Notes: generated from the letters alone by a model not told the origin. DNA of 64,000 bases from Tagaea sp. (GCA_965279525.1 CBDIIB010000004.1:1056001-1120000); one strand, 5' to 3'. Positions 29,967 to 40,883 are shown, counted from the first letter of the stretch. A program made the numbers and translations.

Positions 29967-30759
29967 CTATCGCGTCGATTCCGCCGGCATGGCGCGCACG
30001 ACGACCCGCGCGATCTGCCGTCCAAGGCAGTCATACACCTGGTCGGCCATGGCCGTGGCCTGTGCGGGCGTGAGATTGTCGAGCTGCATCTGGCCCGACT
30101 CGACCCAGTGGCGCATCACCTCGAAGCGCGGAAACAGCAGCACGTCGCGCCGCATGCCGATGCTGTTCATCGCGTCGATATAGGGCTGGTAGGCGATCAG
30201 GCGGGCAGTCTCACGCGAATATTGCGGCGTGACGAGCATCACGTCGGCGCCGGCCTGGACGATGAGGTCGATGCCGGACTGGAGATGTTCGGAGAACGAC
30301 TCCACCTCGCGGTGGCGCATCGCCTCGGCCGTGCCGGTTTCCCAGATGACGATGTCGGGCTTGAGTCCGAGCACGTCCGCCGGCAGGCGCCGGACCATGT
30401 TCTCGGCATCGTCGCGCGCGCGTCCGCGATTGTGGACCTTCACGTCGACTCCGGGCAGACGGCGGCGCAGATCGGCTTCCAGACGGGCGGGCCACGCGTT
30501 CGTCTGCGTACTGGCACTTTGCCCGAGCGTAGACGTCGAGCCGAGCGCCACCACGGTCAGGGTCTTGTCCTTCGAGACGCGCCTGACGACGGCCTTGAGT
30601 TTCGGCATCGTCGACGAAAACCGCACCCGGCACGCGGCACGCTTCCGGCATTCCACCCGGGGCCGGTGCCTGGGCGCGCGCGGGCGCGACCTCCGCGAAA
30701 AGGAAAAGGAGGGTCGCGACGACGAAGATGTACAGAACATTCCCCGACCGCATTTTCAT
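29967..30759 (-). CDS. SGNH/GDSL hydrolase-fold periplasmic protein; frameshift near 30620
   Basis: Signal peptide, VVALGSTST, VHNRG and PDIVIWETGT; ATGA overlap with the reconstructed OpgC stop. Confidence 0.75.
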
Positions 30760-31904
30760 CCCCGGCCCCCGTCCCGCGGCACTCCGGCGCGGGCGGACTT
30801 GCGTTCCTTGCTCCCAAGACAATACCCGCGCCGCCCCCAAGAGCAAGAGGCATCCGCCGAACGTCACCAGCCGCCTGCGTCCCAATACTGTAGCCGAACT
30901 CCAGCAGCAGCGAATGCCCGGAGACCGAAAGGAAGATGCCGAGGCAGAAAACCTGGCAACGACTGCTGCCCGCACAGGACGATGGCGCCGGCGATCCGGC
31001 CCTCGAGCCAGGCGGCCGTGCGCGGCACCGTGCCGACGACGACAATCGCCAGCGCCAGGAAGCTCGCCAGCCGCAGAGGGCCAAGGTCGGTCTTGCTCGC
31101 GAACTGGTAGGCGAACTCGGCGAAGCTCGGCGGCACGCCGTCGAAGAAATAGCCGATGCTGATCCACGCGCGCACCGGCACGATCGCCACGAGGAACGCC
31201 GCCGCGGCAAGGAACACGGGCCGCGGAACGCGCACGGGCATCTGGATCACGCCGGCCCGCCAGCCGCACACCACGCCGATCACGAAAAGGAACTGCCATG
31301 CGGCGGGATTGAAGAACCAGACGCCGTCGGGATAGGCGCGCGGGTTCATGGGCACGAACGGCACCGCCGCATAGACTGCCGCCGACAGCGCGACGAATCC
31401 CCAGCCTGCATGGCGCAGCACCGGCAAGGCCACCGCGAGCCCCGTCAGCAGCACGATGTAGAGCGGCAGGATGTTCATGAAAAGCGGCTGGTGGGCCAGC
31501 AGGAGCGCCTGGAGGATCGCCACGTGCGGCTCGTCGAGGAACGATGCGACCTGCATTTCCTCGATGAACAGCGAATTCTCGAAACGCTGGGCGGTCCAGC
31601 TCACCTGTGCCGTGTAGATGACGAAGAGGAAGATGTGCGCGACATAGAGCGTCCAGCAGCGCTTGAGCACCTGCGCCATCGCATAGGCGTTGCCTTCGCG
31701 CTGCGCCTCTCGGCCGAAGACAAGGGCCGCGGCGTACCCCGACAGGAACACGAAGATCTCGGCCGCATCGCAGAACACGAAATTCGCGAGCGTCAGGTAC
31801 GAGAACGCGTTCTCCGGGATATGGTCGATGAAAATGAAGAGCAGGCCGAGCCCGCGGAAAAAATCGAGACGCAGGTCGCGAACCGGCTTTTTCCCCGCGT
31901 CCAT
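30756..31904 (-). CDS. OpgC family membrane acyltransferase; three single-base frameshifts near 30955, 30872 and 30813
   Basis: RDLRLDFFRGL, FCDAAEIFVFLSG, NILPLY, FNPAAWQFLF and GQQSL; many hydrophobic segments. Confidence 0.85.
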
Positions 31905-31923
31905 CCGCGACGGTCCCGTCCGC

Positions 31924-32391
31924 TCAGTTCTTGGGCGCGCCCTGTGCGTTCTCGGCGGAATTGAACATGAATTTGCCGAGCATCTGGACGAGATTGACCG
32001 GCGCTTGCGTGTATTTGATCTGGCCGCCGGCCGCGAGCATCTTGTCTTCCGCACCCGGAACGAGCTGGACGAACGATCCGCCGAGCAGCCCTTCGCTGGA
32101 GATCTGCGCCACCGTGTCGACCGGCAGCTTGATCGCGGATTCGACCGTCAGCGTCAGCACGGCCTGGTAGGTCTCCGGATCGAGCGACTGGCCGATCACC
32201 GAGCCCACCTTGATGCCCGACAGCTTCACGTCGGTGCCCAGGCGCACGCCGTCGATCCGCTCGAACTTCGCCGTCAGCGCGTAGCCGCGCACCGGTTTGA
32301 TGTCGGCGGTCGAATAGGCGAACATCAGGAACATGCCGGCGACGACGAGCACGACGGCCCCCATCAGCGTCTCGACGAGATTCTTGCCCAT
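31924..32391 (-). CDS. mlaD: Outer-membrane lipid asymmetry protein (MCE domain)
   Basis: N-terminal TM segment, AKFERIDG, GIKVGSV and SEGLLGGSFV. Confidence 0.88.
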   Translation of the reverse strand: MGKNLVETLMGAVVLVVAGMFLMFAYSTADIKPVRGYALTAKFERIDGVRLGTDVKLSGIKVGSVIGQSLDPETYQAVLTLTVESAIKLPVDTVAQISSEGLLGGSFVQLVPGAEDKMLAAGGQIKYTQAPVNLVQMLGKFMFNSAENAQGAPKN

Positions 32392-32429
32392 CTAGCGGCG
32401 GCTCCGTTTTCTGTCGGAAAGGGGCGGGA

Positions 32430-32792
32430 TCAATTCGGCGTCCACGGTTCGTAGTCGCCGGTCGCCTTGGCGCGGTTCCCGCCCCGATAGTCGTGGCCGG
32501 GCGGGCGGTAGGCGTTGGGCGTGCCGGTCTGGTTGGGCAGGTGTGGCAGCTGCCAGGGCTTGCGCGTGGGCAGGCCACCGGCCGGCGGCGGAGCCGCGAT
32601 CAGGTGGTGCAGCCACGCGTGCCAGTCGGGCGGGACCTTCGTCGCCTCGGCTTCGCCCTCGTACACGACCCAGCGCTTCTCGCGCCGCGCGCGCAGCACG
32701 CCGGTCTTGTCCTTGTAGTAGCGGTTGCCGAATTCGTCGCGGCCCACTTCCTGGCCGCGCAGCCACGTATAGAGGCGAGTTCCGATCGTCAT
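32430..32792 (-). CDS. NADH:ubiquinone oxidoreductase subunit NDUFA12 family protein
   Basis: VGRDEFGNRYY, RWVVY, VPPDWHAWLH, PNQTGT and DYEPWTP. Confidence 0.92.
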   Translation of the reverse strand: MTIGTRLYTWLRGQEVGRDEFGNRYYKDKTGVLRARREKRWVVYEGEAEATKVPPDWHAWLHHLIAAPPPAGGLPTRKPWQLPHLPNQTGTPNAYRPPGHDYRGGNRAKATGDYEPWTPN

Positions 32793-32902
32793 TTCGCGAT
32801 TCCCTTGTCGAATCAGGTGTTCGACGCGAGCGGACTATTGCACGCTCCCCTGCCCTCGTCCAGATTGCGGGCCTCCGCTCCCCAGCCGCTTCCGGCCTGC
32901 AA

Positions 32903-33949
32903 ATGAACGATTTCTGGCGCAATTCCGGTTTCCACCTGCTCGACGCGCGGCCCGGCCCGCCGCGCCGGCTGGCGGTGACCGACGATTTCCTGCGCGCCTA
33001 CCTGATGCGCCCGGAGATCCGCCCGGTCGCCGAGTCCTGTGCTGCCGAGCGGGCCCTGCACGCCAGCCTGCTCGAGAATCCGCGCCGGTCGCCCAAGGCG
33101 GCCGAAATCGGGGCGCTGGCCGACGCCGACATGCGCGACAACTACGCGCTGCTGGTCGCGTTCCTTGCCCGGCTGGCGAAGGCCGGCACGGTCGAGGACG
33201 CCTATCTCGGCCATTTCGTCGCCCCGCCCAAGCGCGGCGAACCACCGGTCCCGCCGCTGTTCCTCGACCAGCTCGCGCACGTCGTGCTGCGCCACGCGCT
33301 CGACGGGACCGCCGATCCCATGCGCCTGCGCGCGGCCGAGATGCTCTACCGCAGCCAGCGGATCACCGTTTCCGACGGCGCCACGATGGCGGCCGACGAA
33401 GAGACGGTCGAGATGCACGCCGCCCGCCAGGCCGCCGGCGACGTGGGCCTGGGCGCCATCGGCGAACTCCTCAAGGAAGCCAAGCTGCCGGTGCGCTCGA
33501 TCGAGCTCGACGTGATGACCGAGGCCAACGCCGCGATCTATTGGGGCCGCGACGAGACGCATGACCTCGTGCTCGACCTCACCTTCGGGCGCGCCGGTCT
33601 CGATGCGCTGGCGCGGGTCCTCGAGACGTGGGTGGCGCATTTCCTGGGCATCGGCGTGTCGATCCAGCCGATGGTGCGCATCGACGACGAGCGCTGGGTC
33701 TGGCATGTCGGCCTCGACGCGCAGGCAAGTGCCATCATGAACGACCTCTATCGCGGCGAGACGGTCGACGAAGCGCGCCTGGCGCAGATCGTGGCGCTGT
33801 TCCGTCTCGACTTCGCCGATTCCAACGTCATGCGCCCGGATATTTCCGGCCGACCGGTCTATCTCGGCCTCGGCATGGACGAGAACAAGCGCGTCCGCCT
33901 CAAGCCGCAGAACCTTCTGGTCAACCTGCCGCTTGCGGCGCGGGCCTGA
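32903..33949 (+). CDS. DUF6352 family protein
   Basis: DFWRNSGFHLL, VTDDFLRAYL.RPE, WVWHVGLD and KPQNLLVNLP; family recognised from memory. Confidence 0.7.
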   Translation: MNDFWRNSGFHLLDARPGPPRRLAVTDDFLRAYLMRPEIRPVAESCAAERALHASLLENPRRSPKAAEIGALADADMRDNYALLVAFLARLAKAGTVEDAYLGHFVAPPKRGEPPVPPLFLDQLAHVVLRHALDGTADPMRLRAAEMLYRSQRITVSDGATMAADEETVEMHAARQAAGDVGLGAIGELLKEAKLPVRSIELDVMTEANAAIYWGRDETHDLVLDLTFGRAGLDALARVLETWVAHFLGIGVSIQPMVRIDDERWVWHVGLDAQASAIMNDLYRGETVDEARLAQIVALFRLDFADSNVMRPDISGRPVYLGLGMDENKRVRLKPQNLLVNLPLAARA

Positions 33950-34228
33950 ACCCGACGCGGCTCGACCGAGCCGCGATACCGGTTGTGATTTTCCGGCCGT
34001 TTCCGGATTGTACACTTTTCCCGGTGCAGAATTAATCACATGATATCATTTGAAAAATATTGATACTTGGCCACGCTCCAATCGATGATGCTGCACTGCA
34101 ATAACCCGAATTGTAACTTTCGGCATGGGGGTTAAGGGCCCGTCAAATAACGATAAATTAACACTTGACCGATTTCGCCTCGATTTTCCATGGATCGACG
34201 CTACAGGTGCCCCGATATCCCGTTGGCA

Positions 34229-34341
34229 ATGCTAGATATTGTAGCGGTACGCATAATTCGGTCAAAATCCAGTTGCGGGCGATTCCGGGCTCTGGTCAAC
34301 ATTTGGTAACGAGCTTCGCCCTCCACCACGACATCTTGTGA
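34229..34341. promoter_or_regulatory. NrdR boxes upstream of nrdJ (three good, one degenerate)
   Basis: 16-mers at 34229, 34294 and 34326 match the nnnCnAnATnTnGnnn core; the one at 34260 has a single core mismatch. Confidence 0.75.
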
Positions 34342-34518
34342 GGCGGCCCAACCTCCACCCAGGGGACGGGGCAGGAGTCGGCGAAGACGGCGGGAGACCT
34401 TGCGCGACAGGCCACGGAGCCGACGCGGGCGGGGTCGAACGTTCGCGATGAACCACAGTCCGCACGCGCGATCCACGGGGATCGCCGGCGGGCGAAAAGA
34501 AAAAGGCCGGAGGCCAGC

Positions 34519-37500
34519 ATGCGTATCGAACGGCGATTCACGAAGGCAGGGGACGACGCGTACGCGTCGCTCGCGTTCACCACGACGAACAGCGAGATTC
34601 GCAATCCCGACGGCTCGGTGGTTTTCCAGGCCAAGGATATCGAAGTGCCCGCCACGTGGTCGCAGGTCGCATGCGACGTGCTGGCGCAGAAGTATTTCCG
34701 CAAGCGCGGCGTGCCCGCGGCGCTGAAGTCCGTCGAGGAAAACGACGTGCCGTCGTGGCTGTGGCGCAAGAAGCCGGACGACCTGGCGCTTGCCAAGCTG
34801 CCCGAGAACCAGCGCATCCGCGGCGAGCAGTCGGCCAAGGAAGTGTTCGACCGTCTCGCCGGCACCTGGACCTACTGGGGCTGGAAGGGCGGCTATTTCG
34901 ACAGCGAGGACGACGCGCGCGCCTATTTCGACGAGATGCGTTTCGCGCTCGCCGCCCAGCTCGCGGCACCCAACTCGCCGCAATGGTTCAACACCGGCCT
35001 GCACTGGGCCTACGGCATCGACGGCCCCGGCCAGGGCCACTTCTATGTCGACTACCGCACGGGCAAGCTGACCGCGTCGAGCTCGGCCTACGAGCATCCG
35101 CAGCCGCACGCCTGCTTCATCCAGTCCGTCGAGGACGACCTCGTCAACGAGGGCGGCATCATGGACCTTTGGGTGCGCGAGGCGCGCCTGTTCAAGTACG
35201 GCTCGGGGACGGGCTCCAACTTCTCCAAGTTGCGCGGCGAGAGCGAGAAGCTGTCGGGCGGCGGCAAGTCGTCGGGCCTGATGAGCTTCCTCAAGATCGG
35301 CGACCGGGCTGCCGGCGCCATCAAGTCGGGCGGCACGACGCGGCGCGCGGCCAAGATGGTCACCGTCGACGTCGACCATCCGGACATCGAGAACTACATC
35401 AACTGGAAGGTCGTCGAAGAGCAGAAGGTCGCCGCCCTCGTCGCCGGCTCGCGCCTGTGCGCCAAGCACCTCAACGACATCATGGCGTCGATCGAGCGCA
35501 AGGACGGCGATGCCACGTTCGACCCCAAGGCGAACAAGAAGCTGCGCGACGCCATCAAGGCCGCGCGCAAGTCGCTGATTCCGGAAAACTACATCCAGCG
35601 CGTCATCCAGTTCGCCAAACAGGGCTTCGACAGCATCAACTTCCCGACCTACGACACCGACTGGGATTCGGAAGCCTACCTGACGGTTTCGGGCCAGAAC
35701 TCGAACAACTCGGTGCGTCTGACCAACGAGTTCCTGCAGGCCGTCCTCGACGGCGGCAAGTGGACGCTCGTGCGCCGCACCGACGGCAAGACGCACAAGG
35801 AAATCGAAGCCAAGTCGCTGTGGGACCAGATCGCCTACGCCGCCTGGGCCTCGGCCGATCCGGGCCTGCAGTACGATTCGACGATCAACGAGTGGCACAC
35901 CTGCCCGGCCTCGGGGCGCATCAACGCCTCGAACCCGTGCTCGGAATACATGTTCCTCGACGACACGGCGTGCAACCTCGCCTCGATCAACCTGCTCGCC
36001 TTCCGCCGCGCCGACGGCTCGTTCGACACGCCCGCCTTCGAGCATGCGTGCCGCCTGTGGACGGTGACGCTGGAAGTCTCGGTGCTGATGGCGCAGTTCC
36101 CGTCCAAGCGCATCGCGGAACTCTCCTACGAGTACCGCACGCTCGGCCTCGGCTTCGCGAACATCGGCGGCCTGTTGATGGCGATGGGTCTCTCCTATGA
36201 CAGCGACGAAGGGCGCGCCATCTGCGGGGCGATCTCCGCCGTCATGACCGGCGTCAGCTACGCCACGTCGGCCGAGATGGCCTCGGAGCTCGGGCCGTTC
36301 CCCGGCTACGAGCCGAACCGCGAGCACATGCTGCGCGTCATCCGCAATCACCGGCGCGCGGCATACGGCGAGACGCAAGGCTACGAAGGCCTGACGATCC
36401 CGCCCGTCCCGCTCGACCACAAGTCGGTCGTCGACAAGGAACTGGTCGCCGCCGCCAAGCGCGCCTGGGACCAGGCGCTGGAACTGGGCGTGGCGCACGG
36501 CTACCGCAACGCGCAGGCCAGCGTCGTGGCGCCGACGGGCACCATCGGCCTCGTCATGGATTGCGACACGACGGGCATCGAGCCCGACTTCGCGCTCGTG
36601 AAGTTCAAGAAGCTGGCCGGCGGCGGCTACTTCAAGATCATCAACCGCGTCGTGCCCGTGGGTCTCGAGACGCTCGGCTACACGCAGGAACAGATCGACG
36701 AGATCATCCTCTATGCCGTCGGCCACGGCACGCTGAAGGGCTCGAACGCGATCAGCTATGAAGCGCTGAAGTCCAAGGGCTTCGGCACGGCCCAGCTCGA
36801 GGCGCTGGAGACCGCGCTCAAGACCGCCTTCGACGTCAAGTTCGCCTTCAACAAGTGGACGCTGGGCGAGGAATTCTGCCTCAACACGCTGAAGCTGACC
36901 AAGGCGCAGCTCGACGATCCGGCTCTCGACCTCCTGACGGCCATCGGCTTCTCGAAGGCCGAGATCGACGCGGCCAACACCTACTGCTCGGGCTCGATGA
37001 TGCTGGAGGGTGCCCCGCACCTGAAGGAAGAGCACCTTTCGGTGTTCGACTGCGCCAATCCGTGCGGTCGACTCGGCAAGCGCTACCTTTCGGTCGACAG
37101 CCACATCCACATGATGGCGGCCGCCCAGCCCTTCATCTCGGGCGCCATCTCCAAGACCATCAACATGCCCAACCACGCGACGGTCGAGGACTGCAAGGAC
37201 GCCTATCTGCTGTCCTGGCGCCTGTGCCTGAAGGCCAACGCGCTCTATCGCGACGGCTCGAAGCTTTCCCAGCCGCTGGCTTCCATCGTGGGCGAGGACA
37301 TCGACCTGCACGAGGAGGTCGAGGAGATCGCGGCCGCCCCGGCCCAGGCGAAGGTCGAGCGCGTCGTGGAGCGGATCATCGAGCGCGTCTCGGAAGCCGC
37401 CAAGCGCGACCGCCTGCCCAACCGGCGCAAGGGTTACACCCAGAAGGCGATGGTCGGCGGGCACAAGGTCTACCTGCGCACCGGCGAATACGAGAGCGGC

Positions 37501-38283
37501 CAGATCGGCGAGCTGTTCATCGACATGCACAAGGAAGGTGCGGCCTTCCGCAGCCTGATGAACAACTTCGCGATCGCCGTCTCGATCGGCCTGCAATACG
37601 GCGTGCCGCTCGACGAATACGTGGAGGCGTTCACCTTCACGCGCTTCGAGCCCAACGGCATCGTGCAGGGCAACGAGACGATCAAGAACGCGACGTCGAT
37701 CCTGGATTACATCTTCCGGGAACTGGCGATCTCGTATCTGGGCCGCGACGACCTCGCCCACGTGGTGCAGGAAGATCTCGCCCCGGACGCGATGGGCAAG
37801 GGCGAACGCGCCTCGTCGCTGCCGGGCGAAGGCTCGGCCGCCGCGGCCGCCGCCCTCGACGCGGTCAAGCGGGTCGCCTCCACCGGCTTCGTGCGCCAGC
37901 GCTTCAAGGTGCTGCCGGGCGGTTCGACCCGCCCCGCGGCGACTGCACTTGCCGGCGACCTCGCCCTGCTCGAGCCGGAAGTCGAGACCGACGTCGCCGT
38001 CGCGACGGTCGCGGTCGGCGAGACGAGCGTATCGATCGAAGCCGAAGCCGCGACGACCGAAGCCGGCAGGCAGCCGATCGGCTTTGCGATAGAGGCCGTC
38101 GCCACGGCGATGAACGCGGCCCTCTCGGCCCCCGCACCCGCGGGCAAGGGCGAGAAGATCCGCGAAGCGCGCATGAAGGGCTACACGGGCGATTCCTGCG
38201 AGAACTGCGGCTCGATGGGCATGGTGCGCAACGGCACGTGCACCAAGTGCATCGACTGCGGTTCGACGAGCGGGTGTTCCTGA
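34519..38283 (+). CDS. nrdJ: Class II (adenosylcobalamin-dependent) ribonucleotide reductase
   Basis: [29 protein letters not shown]-terminal TSCPD-type region and CxxC...CxxC zinc ribbon. Confidence 0.96.
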   Translation: MRIERRFTKAGDDAYASLAFTTTNSEIRNPDGSVVFQAKDIEVPATWSQVACDVLAQKYFRKRGVPAALKSVEENDVPSWLWRKKPDDLALAKLPENQRIRGEQSAKEVFDRLAGTWTYWGWKGGYFDSEDDARAYFDEMRFALAAQLAAPNSPQWFNTGLHWAYGIDGPGQGHFYVDYRTGKLTASSSAYEHPQPHACFIQSVEDDLVNEGGIMDLWVREARLFKYGSGTGSNFSKLRGESEKLSGGGKSSGLMSFLKIGDRAAGAIKSGGTTRRAAKMVTVDVDHPDIENYINWKVVEEQKVAALVAGSRLCAKHLNDIMASIERKDGDATFDPKANKKLRDAIKAARKSLIPENYIQRVIQFAKQGFDSINFPTYDTDWDSEAYLTVSGQNSNNSVRLTNEFLQAVLDGGKWTLVRRTDGKTHKEIEAKSLWDQIAYAAWASADPGLQYDSTINEWHTCPASGRINASNPCSEYMFLDDTACNLASINLLAFRRADGSFDTPAFEHACRLWTVTLEVSVLMAQFPSKRIAELSYEYRTLGLGFANIGGLLMAMGLSYDSDEGRAICGAISAVMTGVSYATSAEMASELGPFPGYEPNREHMLRVIRNHRRAAYGETQGYEGLTIPPVPLDHKSVVDKELVAAAKRAWDQALELGVAHGYRNAQASVVAPTGTIGLVMDCDTTGIEPDFALVKFKKLAGGGYFKIINRVVPVGLETLGYTQEQIDEIILYAVGHGTLKGSNAISYEALKSKGFGTAQLEALETALKTAFDVKFAFNKWTLGEEFCLNTLKLTKAQLDDPALDLLTAIGFSKAEIDAANTYCSGSMMLEGAPHLKEEHLSVFDCANPCGRLGKRYLSVDSHIHMMAAAQPFISGAISKTINMPNHATVEDCKDAYLLSWRLCLKANALYRDGSKLSQPLASIVGEDIDLHEEVEEIAAAPAQAKVERVVERIIERVSEAAKRDRLPNRRKGYTQKAMVGGHKVYLRTGEYESGQIGELFIDMHKEGAAFRSLMNNFAIAVSIGLQYGVPLDEYVEAFTFTRFEPNGIVQGNETIKNATSILDYIFRELAISYLGRDDLAHVVQEDLAPDAMGKGERASSLPGEGSAAAAAALDAVKRVASTGFVRQRFKVLPGGSTRPAATALAGDLALLEPEVETDVAVATVAVGETSVSIEAEAATTEAGRQPIGFAIEAVATAMNAALSAPAPAGKGEKIREARMKGYTGDSCENCGSMGMVRNGTCTKCIDCGSTSGCS

Positions 38284-38306
38284 ACCAAGACCTGAGCCGA
38301 CACGTC

Positions 38307-38339
38307 AAGGGCCGGTCGCAAGACCGGCCCTTTTCGTTT
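38307..38339 (+). terminator. Rho-independent terminator after nrdJ
   Basis: AAGGGCCGGTC-GCAA-GACCGGCCCTT followed by TTCGTTT. Confidence 0.85.
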
Positions 38340-38365
38340 GCGCAGCACCCCGCTAATGTCGCGCG

Positions 38366-39028
38366 ATGATGACAAAATCCACACCGAGAATCGCCCTTAT
38401 CCACGCGCTGCGCGATTCCGTCGCCCCGGCCATGGACGCCATGGCGCGCGGCTGGCCGCAGGCGACGGCGACGAACCTGCTGGACGATTCGCTGTCGGCC
38501 GACCTCGCGCGCGACGGCCGGCTCACGCAAGCGATGACCGACCGGTTCGTCGCACTCGCGCGCTATGCGGTCGGGACCGGCGCCGACGGGATCCTGTTCA
38601 CCTGTTCGGCCTTCGGGCCGGCCATCGAGGCGGCCCGGGCGGCCGTCGCCGTCCCGGTCCTGAAGCCCAACGAGAGCGCGTTCGCGGCAGCGCTGGCCGC
38701 AGGCCCGCGCATCGGCATGCTGGTCACCTTCACGGGCTCGCTGCCGGCCCTGCAGGCCGAACTCCACGCGATGGCCGCCGGCACCCGGGTCGACGTGCAT
38801 GCGCGCCTCGTCCCGGGCGCGCTCTCGGCGCTGCAGAGGGGTGACGCCATCGGCCACGATGTCGCGATCGCCGCCGACGCGGCCGGCCTGCCGGACTGCG
38901 ATGCGATCGTGCTTGGCCAGTTCTCGATGGCGCGCGCGCAAAGTGCCGTGGCCGCCCGCGTCGCCTGCCCCGTGCTGACAACGCCCGACGCCGCCATCGC
39001 CGACCTGCGCCGGCGCCTTGCCGCATGA
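38366..39028 (+). CDS. Asp/Glu/hydantoin racemase superfamily protein
   Basis: IALIHA, NLLDDSL, ILFTCSAFG, IVLGQFSMA and PVLTTP. Confidence 0.8.
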   Translation: MMTKSTPRIALIHALRDSVAPAMDAMARGWPQATATNLLDDSLSADLARDGRLTQAMTDRFVALARYAVGTGADGILFTCSAFGPAIEAARAAVAVPVLKPNESAFAAALAAGPRIGMLVTFTGSLPALQAELHAMAAGTRVDVHARLVPGALSALQRGDAIGHDVAIAADAAGLPDCDAIVLGQFSMARAQSAVAARVACPVLTTPDAAIADLRRRLAA

Positions 39029-40125
39029 CGGCGGTCAATCCGTGGGCCGGCGTGGTGAAGGGCGACGACCGCGGCATCCGCGAGATGCTGCGGCTTGCCT
39101 CGGAAGGCGTGGAAGGCCTGCTGATGCGCCAGGTGCCGGGCAAGGAATCCGAGCTCGACCGGCAGATCTTCGCGGACATCGAGACCAACGGCTGCTTCCG
39201 TTTCAAGGAATCGACGGGCGCTTTCGCCAACGAGCCGATCACCTTCGACGCGCGCATGGGCCGGCTCGACGTGACGACGAACATCATGTCCGGCAAGGAC
39301 GGCAGCGGTGCCCAGCTCGTACGCTCGGGCAGCGACATGGCGCTGATGAAGGACAACGACCCCGGCTCGCAATACAACAGGCGCCTGGTCGAGATCGTCT
39401 CGCAGGTGCTTGGCCTCGGCATCGTCGACGAAGTCACGTTCGGGCAGAAGCTGCTGCCGAGCACGCTGCTCTATCTGAAGCCGCTGCCCAACCCCGAGGA
39501 TTCCTGCGACCGGTTCGTCGCCGACATCATCGGCGCGCTGAAGCGCTACAAGCCGCAGGCGATCCGCGACAAGAAGATGTTCGATGCCACCTACGTGAAA
39601 CTCGTCGACCGGATGTTCCGCTCCGGCATCGAGGCAAGCCGCATGACGCCCGAAAGCCTGCAGTCCACGATCCTGCAGGAGACGCTGCGCGCGGCGGTCA
39701 AGGTCGAGATCTGGCGCAAGCTGTGGCGCTGGACGATCGACACGGCGCTGAAGGTGGGCGAGCTGCGCACGATCCAGGCGATCCTGCTCGACCAGGACCT
39801 GAGCAAATGGGTGCGTGATCTCGAAGAGGCGATCAAGCGTGCCGGCAAGATCGTCGGCAACTACGCGGCCAACGGCTCGTCGCTCTACGAACGCGCCATC
39901 AAGAGCGAGGATTTCTACGTCGAGGCGATGCCGGCCATCATCTACATGCGCGACGCGCGCACGACGGTCGAGGAGGTCTTCGTCCATGTCGCCGAGTGGG
40001 CGACGATCCCCTCGAAGGTCCCGAAGATGGGCTCGATCAAGATGGCGACGGACGCGCTGAAGCCGCAGCTGCCGGTCATCCGCGAGATCATGAAGATGCC
40101 GGTCCCCCGCGCGGTCGCGGGCTAG
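39025..40125 (+). CDS. Hypothetical protein, 366 aa
   Basis: Long ORF with strong G/C third-position bias and an ATGA overlap with the upstream gene; no family recognised. Confidence 0.8.
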   Translation: MTAVNPWAGVVKGDDRGIREMLRLASEGVEGLLMRQVPGKESELDRQIFADIETNGCFRFKESTGAFANEPITFDARMGRLDVTTNIMSGKDGSGAQLVRSGSDMALMKDNDPGSQYNRRLVEIVSQVLGLGIVDEVTFGQKLLPSTLLYLKPLPNPEDSCDRFVADIIGALKRYKPQAIRDKKMFDATYVKLVDRMFRSGIEASRMTPESLQSTILQETLRAAVKVEIWRKLWRWTIDTALKVGELRTIQAILLDQDLSKWVRDLEEAIKRAGKIVGNYAANGSSLYERAIKSEDFYVEAMPAIIYMRDARTTVEEVFVHVAEWATIPSKVPKMGSIKMATDALKPQLPVIREIMKMPVPRAVAG

Positions 40126-40129
40126 CGGT

Positions 40130-40769
40130 TCAGCGCACCATCCCGAAACGGCGCAGCATCGCGACGAGCGCTTCGCCCGCCACAGGCACGATGCGCCCGG
40201 CAGGGGCGTCGACCAGTTCGCGTGCCACCGGCCCGACGGCGACGTTGGCAAAGCGCCAGTCGAGCGTGCCCGGCTGGCCCAACGCCTCGCCTGCCCCCTG
40301 AAGGCGCCACAGGATGTTGCGCGCATCGACCCACGCGAAACCGTCGAAGCCCGGATCGGCGGCCGTGCGGGTCATGCGCAGCTTGGTCGTCGGCTGGCCT
40401 TCCATCCGCTCGCTGCCGATCGTCTGGAGCCGGAACCCGTCGCCGCGCAGGGCCGCCGGCGACAGGCCGAAGCCGGAAAGATCGGTCTCGAAATTGACGC
40501 CGAGCGACGGAAGCGACAGCCACGCCTTGTCCAGATCGAGACGCGCCACGACATGCCGCTCGACCCCGCCGCGCGCCTCGTAGCGGATCGCGTTGCGCGT
40601 GCGCCAGATGCGCGCCGCCTCCGGCCGCTTTACGTCCTCCGGCTTGCCGAAGAAACCGTCGATCGCGTAGTCGACCTGCGGCGCGAACGGCGAGACGGCT
40701 GCGGCCCTGCGCGAAGGCGGGGGATGCGGCAAGGGCCAACAGGGAAGCCAGTAGCGAACGGCGCTGCAT
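40130..40769 (-). CDS. Secreted beta-rich protein (DUF4412/LolA-like); frameshift near 40706
   Basis: Signal MQRRSLLASLLALAASPAFA; IGSERMEGQPTTK, AWVDARNIL and NVAVGP. Confidence 0.6.
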
Positions 40770-40883
40770 TGTTCCGGTATAGGCAGGGAAAATGGCGGCG
40801 GCAAGGCGGGCAAGCGGTCTGGTTTCCGGGGCACCCGTCCGCTAGTCTGAAGGCCCGACCCGACAGCAGACGGAACCTCCCCC

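Noticed and set aside
30211-31299. OpgC-SGNH fusion ORF
   Set aside because: Removing one G near 30813 restores an OpgC stop that overlaps the SGNH ATG (ATGA).
34201-37761. Very long antisense or alternate-frame ORFs (also 9879..12902, 43983..46565, 50213..53323, 56507..58918)
   Set aside because: Shadow ORFs expected opposite high-GC genes; no recognisable motifs.
34519-38283. Intein or intron in nrdJ, or a cobalamin riboswitch upstream
   Set aside because: The reading frame is continuous with no splicing motifs, and no B12-box was recognised in the leader.
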